DNA of 32,000 nt from Ruminococcus albus 7 = DSM 20455 (GTDB lineage Bacteria; Bacillota; Clostridia; Oscillospirales; Ruminococcaceae): the NCBI RefSeq assembly GCF_000179635.2, contig NC_014833.1, positions 1,410,001 to 1,442,000 on the forward strand, in the 5' to 3' direction. Position 1 is the first letter of the stretch; every line of letters starts with the position of its first letter. Positions 8,373-15,317 of the stretch are shown one piece after another. Made by a program: the position numbers and the translations under genes. Under the pieces are notes generated by a model. It did no database searches and was not told the DNA's origin. It worked only from the letters and a program-made list of their open reading frames with translations.

Positions 8373-8407
8373 GTCATCTTCCCCCGCCGCAGGCGGGGGA
8401 AGATGAC
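8373..8407 (+). terminator. GC-rich 16-bp hairpin after the polyamine operon
   Basis: GTCATCTTCCCCCGCC pairs with GGCGGGGGAAGATGAC around a 3-nt loop. There is no U-tract on either strand, so its role as an intrinsic terminator is uncertain. Confidence 0.45.
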
Positions 8408-8470
8408 CAACAGCTATCCGCGGGATAACAAATCGCAACCGACCGTTGCGCCATTGCCTTTGCGTGACGG

Positions 8471-8499
8471 TTGACAGCGGGTGCTGTCTGTGTTATCAT
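8471..8499 (+). promoter_or_regulatory. SigA-type promoter
   Basis: TTGACA (8471-8476), 17-nt spacer, TATCAT (8494-8499), with an extended -10 TGt. Confidence 0.55.
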
Positions 8500-8536
8500 G
8501 GGTTTAAGGTCAGTACGGCAAAACTTTGGAGGGTGT

Positions 8537-8941
8537 ATGGAATTTGAAAAAAAGCCCGAAACAAGCTTCCTTGTCAGGGACGAGGCAGAGAAAGTAAGCA
8601 GGGATAAGGGCATACCACCCGAGAGGTTATCAGAGTTCGCAAAATCGGGCTGGAAGGACATCATCACAAAATTCTGCTATACATTCCTGGATATGAAAAA
8701 ACAGCGCGGAAGCAGCCTTGCTTACAGCTGGCTGAATTTCAGGGAAGGACTTGCCCACAGTGAGCCCGTGAGATGTGGGGCTGACGAATTCGCCTATTTT
8801 GCGCAGGTACGTGAGCTTATCCTCGCAGAGGACAGGGACAAAAAGCTGTTCCTGATACTTTCACAGGGCTGGGTCTATGAGGGCTATGCCGCGGAGATAT
8901 TCTCGCTTCTGCCCGAGCTTTTCTATCTTGAAGATGCTTAA
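8537..8941 (+). CDS. Hypothetical cytoplasmic protein, possibly truncated by an in-frame TAA (see findings)
   Basis: ATG at 8537 follows GGAGGG and lies downstream of the 8471 promoter. The listed 8471 start would sit inside the promoter. The same frame stays open for a further 26 codons after the TAA at 8939-8941. Confidence 0.55.
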   Translation: MEFEKKPETSFLVRDEAEKVSRDKGIPPERLSEFAKSGWKDIITKFCYTFLDMKKQRGSSLAYSWLNFREGLAHSEPVRCGADEFAYFAQVRELILAEDRDKKLFLILSQGWVYEGYAAEIFSLLPELFYLEDA

Positions 8942-9063
8942 ATACTTTCGCCTAAATTCAGGTGGGTGATATGCCACTGCGATGACGGCGAATGTGCTGT
9001 GTTTTCTGCCGTTAAGAACTAACCGAAGGCAGCACCGCGAAACCATATTATAGCAGGTCTTCC

Positions 9064-9205
9064 TTTTGTGAAGACTGCACATGAAACGCTCCGTATAATT
9101 GTTGATGATAACACCAAAAATCTCTGCCGCCGAAACGTATATATGATATAAGCGGCAAGGTGCTTCAGAACAGGTGAAAAAATTATTACGGAGGTTACAG
9201 CTATG
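9064..9205 (+). promoter_or_regulatory. Copy A of a duplicated, conserved ~140-nt leader. It is a candidate cis-regulatory RNA with an anti-SD/SD helix.
   Basis: It shares these blocks with copy B: TTTTGTGAA, AACGCTCCGTATA, CTGCCG..GAAACGTATAT, GCGGCA and ATTACGGAGG. CTCCGTATAAT (9089-9099) can pair with ATTATTACGGAG (9182-9193). Confidence 0.35.
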
Positions 9206-9250
9206 ATATGTTTGCGCGGTATTGCCCTATCTTACTAACGGGGTGATATT

Positions 9251-9922
9251 ATGGACAGAAAACTCATGATAAGCGCAGTGACAAAATTTCTTGCAGGGCT
9301 TGTAATGCTTGCTCTGCTGATATTCCTGCCTGCGGGGACGCTTGCTTTCACACAGGGCTGGATATTTATGGCAGTGCTTTTTCTGCCGATGCTGATGATA
9401 GGCATCGTGCTGGCGCTGAAAAGTCCCGAACTGCTGAGAAAGCGCCTTAACAGCAAGGAACAGGAAAACACCTAGAAAGGCGTGGTCATATCAAGTCTGC
9501 TGATGTTCCTTGCGGGCTTCATCACGGCGGGGCTGAGTTTCCGCTTCGGGTGGCTGAGACTTCCAATGTGGGTCAGCGTTACTGCGGCGGTGGTATTCCT
9601 CATCGGCTACGCCATGTACGCCGAGGTACTCCGCGAGAATGAATACCTCTCCCGCACGGTGGAGGTACAGGAGAAACAGAAAGTCATCGACACGGGGCTT
9701 TACGGCGTTATACGCCACCCCATGTACACCGCCACCATTCTTATGTTCTGCTTTGCACCGCTTGTACTTGGTTCGGTGATATCCTTTGTGATATTCCTTG
9801 CCTACCCTGTTATAATAGTAACAAGGATAGGCAACAAGGAAAAAGTCCTGGAAAACGGACTCAAAGGCTATATCGACTATAAGAAGAAAGTAAAGTACAG
9901 GCTGATGCCTTTTGTGTGGTAG
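9251..9922 (+). pseudogene. ICMT/PEMT-family membrane methyltransferase interrupted by an in-frame TAG at 9473-9475
   Basis: The two listed ORFs (9251-9475 and 9482-9922) are in the same frame and are separated only by TAG. Joined, they give a ~220-aa polytopic protein carrying VIDTGLYGVIRHPMY and a C-terminal YRL.PFVW, typical of isoprenylcysteine carboxyl / phospholipid methyltransferase-like proteins. Confidence 0.7.
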
Positions 9923-9970
9923 ATATCTGCGGTCAGAAGCTTTCTCCGCTGTATTTTTACCAACGAAATG

Positions 9971-10110
9971 TTTTGTGAAAAACATACATCCAACGCTCCG
10001 TATATTTATGTAAAATCACGCCATAAAAAGGCGCCTGCCGAAACGTATATTAAATGTACGCGGCAGATGTCCGCAGAAGTGATAAAACTATTACGGAGGA
10101 ACCAATTATG
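9971..10110 (+). promoter_or_regulatory. Copy B of the duplicated leader
   Basis: By eye it is about two-thirds identical to copy A over ~140 nt, with the same conserved blocks in the same order and nearly the same spacing (AACGCT to GGAGG is 105 nt in A and 103 nt in B). Its GGAGG directly serves the ATG at 10108. Confidence 0.35.
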
Positions 10111-11097
10111 AAAACAAACAGGAAAATCCCGTCAGTGACTTCAATTTTAGATAAGATAGAAGTCCTGATGATAATATTAGCAATAGCAGGGATAATTTAT
10201 TTTACTCATTCGTTATTCGCTTTGATAATCGGCATAGCAGGGTTAATTCTCTTCAGATACGTGAATTTATTTTCACAGACAAGTGAAAATGATATGCGGA
10301 CAGGCTATGAAAAAAAATCCGGAAAAATCAAAGCAATAATGCCTGTTTTGAAAAAGATATGGGTTGTGATGATACCGTTAAGCATATTATGCTTAGCTTA
10401 TGTTTCTAAGTCATTTCATAGGATTCCGCATTTTGACAGAACACAATTGGAAATAGAATACAGCGATGTGCCCGAAGGAACTGCATATGTAGACGTTCTC
10501 GTTAAGATAGACAGCAGTGATGAAAATTACACCGATTTCAATGTTATTCCCCAAAAGCTCATAAGCAAGGGAATTGACAACGAAGGTAGCTCGGTGTTCA
10601 ATTCTGAACCTATAGATATAAATAAAAACAGTGAAATAGCTAAGTATGACGATGACGGCTATAAGTCACTTTCTCTACATTCAACATATGTGAAAGATTT
10701 TGACGTAGTTAAGCCATACGGATATGAACATGATGATATGATGCTGAAATGCTCTGCTGAAAAACTGTATAAACAGTACGGAAAGTTCAGGCTTGCTTAT
10801 GTAGGCAAAAACGGCGAAGTTCTCGGCGTAACGAAGAAAACGTCCCACACCTATGATATTGATGAACCTTATAAAGTTATCGCTGATGGCGACAAGGCGA
10901 CGTACAGTACATGGGGTAACTCACCTTTGTTTTATGTGGCTGTGTACATCATTCGCATCACGTTCTATGTAACGATCATCATTATTGCAGTGGCGATCAT
11001 TAATCATAGCGCTGAAAAGATCAGCTGGGATAGCTGGGTTCGGGAACAGACCCGAAAAGACCGCGACAACAATGGCGAAAGTGGTAGAAATCTATGA
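10108..11097 (+). CDS. Hypothetical membrane protein (N-terminal TM pair plus a further TM, a soluble middle domain, and a C-terminal TM)
   Basis: ATG at 10108 lies 8 nt after GGAGG. The listed start at 10054 falls inside the conserved leader. The region is AT-richer than its flanks. I do not recognise a family. Confidence 0.6.
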   Translation: MKTNRKIPSVTSILDKIEVLMIILAIAGIIYFTHSLFALIIGIAGLILFRYVNLFSQTSENDMRTGYEKKSGKIKAIMPVLKKIWVVMIPLSILCLAYVSKSFHRIPHFDRTQLEIEYSDVPEGTAYVDVLVKIDSSDENYTDFNVIPQKLISKGIDNEGSSVFNSEPIDINKNSEIAKYDDDGYKSLSLHSTYVKDFDVVKPYGYEHDDMMLKCSAEKLYKQYGKFRLAYVGKNGEVLGVTKKTSHTYDIDEPYKVIADGDKATYSTWGNSPLFYVAVYIIRITFYVTIIIIAVAIINHSAEKISWDSWVREQTRKDRDNNGESGRNL

Positions 11098-11756
11098 ACA
11101 AGGAATGGTCCGATCTTAACAAGGCTATGCAGCAGCTGCTGAAAAAGCGAGATACTTTCAATGAGGGCATCGCCGCACTTTTCAGACTGCGTGACGAGCT
11201 TTATAATACAATGCTTTCTCTGCGGGAAGAACTTTCACGCGGGGACTTTGATGCCATGCCGTACCCAAAGGCTAAGGGCTATCATTGCAAGAACATCGCC
11301 TACTCACTGTGGCATATTTTCCGCATTGAGGATATTACGGCGAATACCCTTATCGCTGACAGGGAACAGGTGTTTTTCACAGGTGACTATCAGCGCCGTA
11401 TCAACTCGCCTATCATCACCACAGGCAACGAACTTTCGGGCGACGAGATAGCCGGTTTCACGAAAGTGCTGGATATCGGAGCGCTTTACGAATACACCAG
11501 TGATGTAAAGCAAAGCACCGAGGATACCCTATTGGGTATGGATTACGATAAGCTGAAAACAAAGATACCCACAGAACGCCGTGAAAAGCTTATATCCCTT
11601 GAAGTCGTCAGCCGAAGCGAAGACGCATTCTGGCTGGTGGACTACTGGTGCGGCAAGGATATCCGTGGGCTGATACAGATGCCCTTTTCCCGCCACCACA
11701 TAATGCACACCGAAGCTATGCTGAGGATAAGGGACGGTCTGCCGCGGCGGACTTGA
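11094..11756 (+). CDS. Hypothetical protein, possibly DinB-like (helical bundle with a His-rich putative metal site)
   Basis: The ATGA overlap with the upstream gene indicates translational coupling. SLWHIFRIEDI and the C-terminal FSRHHIMHTEAM resemble DinB-superfamily His motifs, but this assignment is weak. Confidence 0.45.
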   Translation: MNKEWSDLNKAMQQLLKKRDTFNEGIAALFRLRDELYNTMLSLREELSRGDFDAMPYPKAKGYHCKNIAYSLWHIFRIEDITANTLIADREQVFFTGDYQRRINSPIITTGNELSGDEIAGFTKVLDIGALYEYTSDVKQSTEDTLLGMDYDKLKTKIPTERREKLISLEVVSRSEDAFWLVDYWCGKDIRGLIQMPFSRHHIMHTEAMLRIRDGLPRRT

Positions 11757-11822
11757 TATGATAATACGCGGATATTCTCCGCTTTACCCAAATAAATTAT
11801 TAAACCGAAAGGAAGATGTAAA

Positions 11823-13025
11823 ATGTCAAGAGCTTTGATAATAGGTGCAGGAGGAGTAGCAGGTGTTGTTATACACAAGTGCTGCCAGAACAGCGAGGTG
11901 TTCACAGATATCTGTATCGCCAGCCGTACAAAGGCTAAGTGCGATAAGTTCAAGGAGGAGCTTCAGGGCAAGACCAAGACCAACATCACCACCGCACAGG
12001 TAAACGCTGATAACGTTCCCGAGCTGGTTGCGCTGATGAAGGAGTACAAGCCCGATATCTGTATCAACGTGGCTCTGCCCTATCAGGATCTTCATATCAT
12101 GGACGCTTGTCTTGAATGCAAGGTTGACTACCTTGATACCGCAAACTACGAGCCCGAGGATACTGCTAAGTTTGAATACAGCTGGCAGTGGGCTTACCGC
12201 GAGAGATTCGAGAAAGCAGGCATCACCGCTGTGCTGGGTTCGGGCTTCGACCCCGGCGTTACAGGCGTATTCTGCGCTTATGCCCAGAAGCACTACTTCG
12301 ATGAGATAAACTACATCGATATCCTCGACTGCAACGGCGGCGACCACGGCTATCCTTTTGCGACCAACTTCAACCCCGAGATCAATATCCGTGAGGTAAG
12401 CGCAAAGGGCAGCTACATTCAGGACGGCAATTGGGTAGAGACCGAGCCTATGGAGATCAAGAGAGTATACAACTTCGATCAGGTTGGCGAAAAGGATATG
12501 TACCTGCTCCACCACGAAGAGCTTGAATCCCTGGCACTGAATATCAAGGGCATCAAGAGGATACGTTTCTTCATGACCTTTGGTCAGAGCTACCTGACAC
12601 ACCTGAAATGTCTGGAAAATGTTGGTATGACCTCCATCGAGCCTATCATGTACGAGGGCAAGGAGATAGTACCTCTCCAGTTCCTGAAAGCAGTTCTCCC
12701 CGACCCTGCAAGCCTTGGCCCCAGAACAAAGGGCAAGACCAATATAGGCTGTATCTTCCAGGGCAAGAAGGACGGCAAGGACAAGACCTACTATGTATAC
12801 AACGTATGCGACCATCAGGAGTGCTACAAGGAAGTCGGCTCACAGGCTATATCCTACACCACAGGAGTACCCGCTATGATAGGCGCTATGATGGTGCTGA
12901 CAGGCAAGTGGAAGAAACCCGGCGTATACAACGTCGAGGAATTCGATCCCGATCCTTTCATGGAAGCACTGAACAAGTGGGGTCTGCCCTGGACAGAGAA
13001 TTTCAATCCTGTACTGGTAGATTAA
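11823..13025 (+). CDS. Carboxynorspermidine/carboxyspermidine dehydrogenase-like (saccharopine dehydrogenase family)
   Basis: 400 aa with an N-terminal Rossmann motif IIGAGGVAGVV. It carries DICINVALPYQD, DYLDTANYEP, GFDPGVT, NFNPEIN and a C-terminal EF.PDPF...L..WGLPW, consistent with CANSDH/CASDH as I recall it. Confidence 0.8.
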   Translation: MSRALIIGAGGVAGVVIHKCCQNSEVFTDICIASRTKAKCDKFKEELQGKTKTNITTAQVNADNVPELVALMKEYKPDICINVALPYQDLHIMDACLECKVDYLDTANYEPEDTAKFEYSWQWAYRERFEKAGITAVLGSGFDPGVTGVFCAYAQKHYFDEINYIDILDCNGGDHGYPFATNFNPEINIREVSAKGSYIQDGNWVETEPMEIKRVYNFDQVGEKDMYLLHHEELESLALNIKGIKRIRFFMTFGQSYLTHLKCLENVGMTSIEPIMYEGKEIVPLQFLKAVLPDPASLGPRTKGKTNIGCIFQGKKDGKDKTYYVYNVCDHQECYKEVGSQAISYTTGVPAMIGAMMVLTGKWKKPGVYNVEEFDPDPFMEALNKWGLPWTENFNPVLVD

Positions 13026-13155
13026 TTCATAACACTAAAAGCGAATCGTTAGTGTGTTCATTAATTGTTGACATTCGCTTATACGCCGCTGTGGACGGTC
13101 ATTCCAGCGCACGTAAAGACGCAGCTGAGTATCTCTTTAGCGGCGTGTTAAGGGA

Positions 13156-13488
13156 ATGCTATATGGTTTCAAAACTATGATTTTTTTTGAGAGACATTTT
13201 CCTATATTATGCGAGCTGTTTGAGTCGGACTCGGTGGTATTTCTTATCATCGGGGCGATGTTTGGATTCCTGTTTGGTTTCAAACTAACAAACCGCAAAA
13301 GCAGGATACGCGCTGTGATCTCATGTGTGGCGGTATACGCGGTATGTGAGGGTATAGGCAACATCCCTATGCGTGTAAACTTTTTGCTGGATTTTATTTT
13401 GCTGATCGTAGGCACAGCTGCACTTGGGGCTGTTTTGGGGATACTGCTGAATATGCCTGTTTACGGTTTTTTTGCTGAAAAAGAATAA
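13156..13488 (+). CDS. Hypothetical small membrane protein (about 3 TM)
   Basis: The sequence is hydrophobic throughout, and AAGGGA lies upstream of the ATG. I do not recognise a family. Confidence 0.5.
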   Translation: MLYGFKTMIFFERHFPILCELFESDSVVFLIIGAMFGFLFGFKLTNRKSRIRAVISCVAVYAVCEGIGNIPMRVNFLLDFILLIVGTAALGAVLGILLNMPVYGFFAEKE

Positions 13489-13532
13489 AGATATCGTGCG
13501 GCAGCATGATAGGTATAAGGGAGGTCAGAAAG

Positions 13533-14138
13533 ATGACTTTGTGCGAACTTGAAAGACAGCAGGAGATACGTTTCCCGCAGGCTTTCCACAGGATATACGA
13601 CAGCGGTGCCATGAAGTGGCTGGAGCTTAGTCGGGCGGAGCTGAAAGCAAGTATCAAGGAGTATGTCAGTGATACCACAGCATTTCTCATGCTGGACTGC
13701 GACTGCGAGATGTACCTTTTTGAGGAAGTACAGTCGGCGGCAGAGGAACTTGCACAGCTTTCACAGTGGCAGGAGGAGGACAAAAAGCTCCGTATAAAGG
13801 ACGGACTTCGGATAGTGCCTTTTGGTCACAGCGGCGGCGGGGACATCTACTGCCTGCTGTATACTCCCGATAATGCAGAGCCTATGGTGATAAGGTACTT
13901 TCACGACAGCTACGAAGCACCTCAGATCATGGGGCGTGACTTTGACGAGTTCATGTACATACAGCTTCTTCTGGCGGCGGAAAACGAGCAGGATGTTGAG
14001 GACGAGTATTTCCGCAATAATACTGCGTATCTCAGTGAGAAGTACCGTGATCTTACAGAAGGGAAGTCCGCAGATGAGCTGACAGATGCACTGTCTGAGA
14101 TCAATTTCGCTCCCGCGGACATATTTGAACGAATATGA
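13533..14138 (+). CDS. SMI1/KNR4 (SUKH-1) family protein
   Basis: ATG at 13533 lies 8 nt after AAGGGAGG. FPQAFHRIYDSG, IVPFGHSGGGDIYCLLY and GRDFDEFMY match the SUKH-1 pattern (ligand-binding or immunity-type fold). Confidence 0.7.
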   Translation: MTLCELERQQEIRFPQAFHRIYDSGAMKWLELSRAELKASIKEYVSDTTAFLMLDCDCEMYLFEEVQSAAEELAQLSQWQEEDKKLRIKDGLRIVPFGHSGGGDIYCLLYTPDNAEPMVIRYFHDSYEAPQIMGRDFDEFMYIQLLLAAENEQDVEDEYFRNNTAYLSEKYRDLTEGKSADELTDALSEINFAPADIFERI

Positions 14139-14773
14139 CTATAGTGCAGAAAAAAGACCTTGCAAACAAGGTTATAGAACGGCTTGAAGAACAGTACCCC
14201 GATGCGATATGTTCGCTGGAATATGCACAGCCCCATGAACTGCTGATAGCTACCAGACTTTCGGCACAGTGTACAGATGCGCGGGTGAACATCGTGACTA
14301 AGGAGCTGTTTGCGAAGTTCCATTCAATCAACGAATTTGCCGATGCGGATATAGCTGAAATTGAGGAGATAGTGAAGCCCTGCGGACTTTACAAGACTAA
14401 AGCGAAGTCCATAAAAGAGATGTGCATACAGCTTCGGGACGAGTACGGCGGAGTACTTCCCGACACCCTGGAGGGGCTTACGAAACTCAGCGGCATAGGG
14501 CGCAAGACGGCGAACCTCATAATGGGGGACATATACCACAAGCCTGCGGTGGTAACGGACACCCACTGCATACGCATAACTGGCAGACTGGGACTTGTGA
14601 AGAACAAGGAGCCTGCAAAAGTTGAGGCGGAGCTTTGGAAGATACTTCCCCCGGAGAAGAGCAGTGACCTGTGCCACAGGCTGGTGCTTTTCGGCAGGGA
14701 GTATTGCACGGCAAGAAGCCCGAAATGCGGCGGCTGTCCGCTGAATGACATTTGTATTTCAAAAACTGAATAG
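14135..14773 (+). CDS. nth: Endonuclease III (DNA glycosylase / AP lyase)
   Basis: It has a helix-hairpin-helix L.GIGRKTANL, TD.H..R...RLG, and a C-terminal 4Fe-4S cluster C.....P.C..C.....C. The ATGA overlap couples it to the upstream gene. Confidence 0.95.
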   Translation: MTIVQKKDLANKVIERLEEQYPDAICSLEYAQPHELLIATRLSAQCTDARVNIVTKELFAKFHSINEFADADIAEIEEIVKPCGLYKTKAKSIKEMCIQLRDEYGGVLPDTLEGLTKLSGIGRKTANLIMGDIYHKPAVVTDTHCIRITGRLGLVKNKEPAKVEAELWKILPPEKSSDLCHRLVLFGREYCTARSPKCGGCPLNDICISKTE

Positions 14774-14796
14774 ACTGCAGTTTTGCGGGTATAATG

Positions 14797-14824
14797 ATAC
14801 CGAGGGTGACCTCGGTATTTTTTT
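14797..14824 (+). terminator. Intrinsic terminator after nth
   Basis: ATACCGAGG, loop GTGA, CCTCGGTAT, followed by TTTTTT. Confidence 0.85.
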
Positions 14825-15118
14825 ATGGGGGTGTATGTATTGGAAGAAAATAAAGGTCTTGCCGAACTGCTGGGTAAGGATAAGGAGAGCAGAGCGTTTT
14901 TTGCATCCCTTTCTCCTGAACTGCGCAGGCTGTTGATGAAGAATGATGCGGGCAATTTCATTATGCTTCACCGCGCAGTCTCAGAAAGCGGCAGACAGAC
15001 ATTCGCAGCAGGGGATATGACCGACGGACAGACAGTATCAGCTTCTGAAAGAACGGGTTCATTCCCGTGTGGAGATGATATTTCCCGGGAAACATGGGAA
15101 AAGCTTGGCGGCAGCTGA
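14825..15118 (+). CDS. Hypothetical small protein (doubtful)
   Basis: This is an open frame with no convincing RBS at the ATG, which directly abuts the terminator U-tract. An alternative TTG start at 14840 follows GGGGTG. I do not recognise a family. Confidence 0.3.
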   Translation: MGVYVLEENKGLAELLGKDKESRAFFASLSPELRRLLMKNDAGNFIMLHRAVSESGRQTFAAGDMTDGQTVSASERTGSFPCGDDISRETWEKLGGS

Positions 15119-15125
15119 TAGTATT

Positions 15126-15163
15126 ACAAAAAGACACTTCCGCCATAAACAGGCAGAAGTGTC
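15126..15163 (-). terminator. Intrinsic terminator for the EAL gene (minus strand)
   Basis: GACACTTCCGCC pairs with GGCAGAAGTGTC (one mismatch). On the minus strand it is followed by TTTTTGT. Confidence 0.6.
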
Positions 15164-15317
15164 CGTTGATTAATATATTCTGATCATCCGGTTTACACTC
15201 CAATTGATTTGGTGTAATATCAGAACTAGAAATACTCGGCGCTTATCCTGATAACATCAACACGATGATTCATTGTTATATAGCACTTTGTAATGGTGTG
15301 TTAATGGGATGACCATG

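Noticed and set aside
8374-8667. 97-aa minus-strand ORF
   Set aside because: It spans the GC hairpin, the 8471 promoter and the start of the 8537 gene. It has no RBS, and its composition is consistent with a chance ORF.
8939-9475. Stop-codon reassignment (TAA, TAG or pyrrolysine-type recoding) as the explanation for the in-frame stops
   Set aside because: TAA, TAG and TGA all terminate well-defined genes in this window at the positions homologues would predict: speD, speA and speE end in TAA, nth in TAG and the GNAT in TGA. Genome-wide recoding is therefore not supported, and nonsense mutation or sequencing error is more parsimonious.
10054-10107. Upstream ATG start for the 347-aa ORF
   Set aside because: The extension would be translated from inside the conserved leader and lacks an RBS. 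ATG 10108 has an ideal GGAGG at 8-nt spacing.
11826-12815. 329-aa ORF on the minus strand, plus the 12608-13180 plus-strand out-of-frame ORF
   Set aside because: Both overlap the strongly supported CASDH-like gene. Their translations are low-complexity or Arg/Gly/Ser-rich, as expected for off-frame readings.
14389-14961. 190-aa minus-strand ORF and smaller overlapping ORFs
   Set aside because: It is antisense to nth and would run through the strong nth terminator. It has no RBS.
14961-15203. 80-aa minus-strand ORF between the EAL gene and its terminator
   Set aside because: It runs through the terminator hairpin and overlaps the 14825 ORF in antisense. It has no RBS and no recognisable content.
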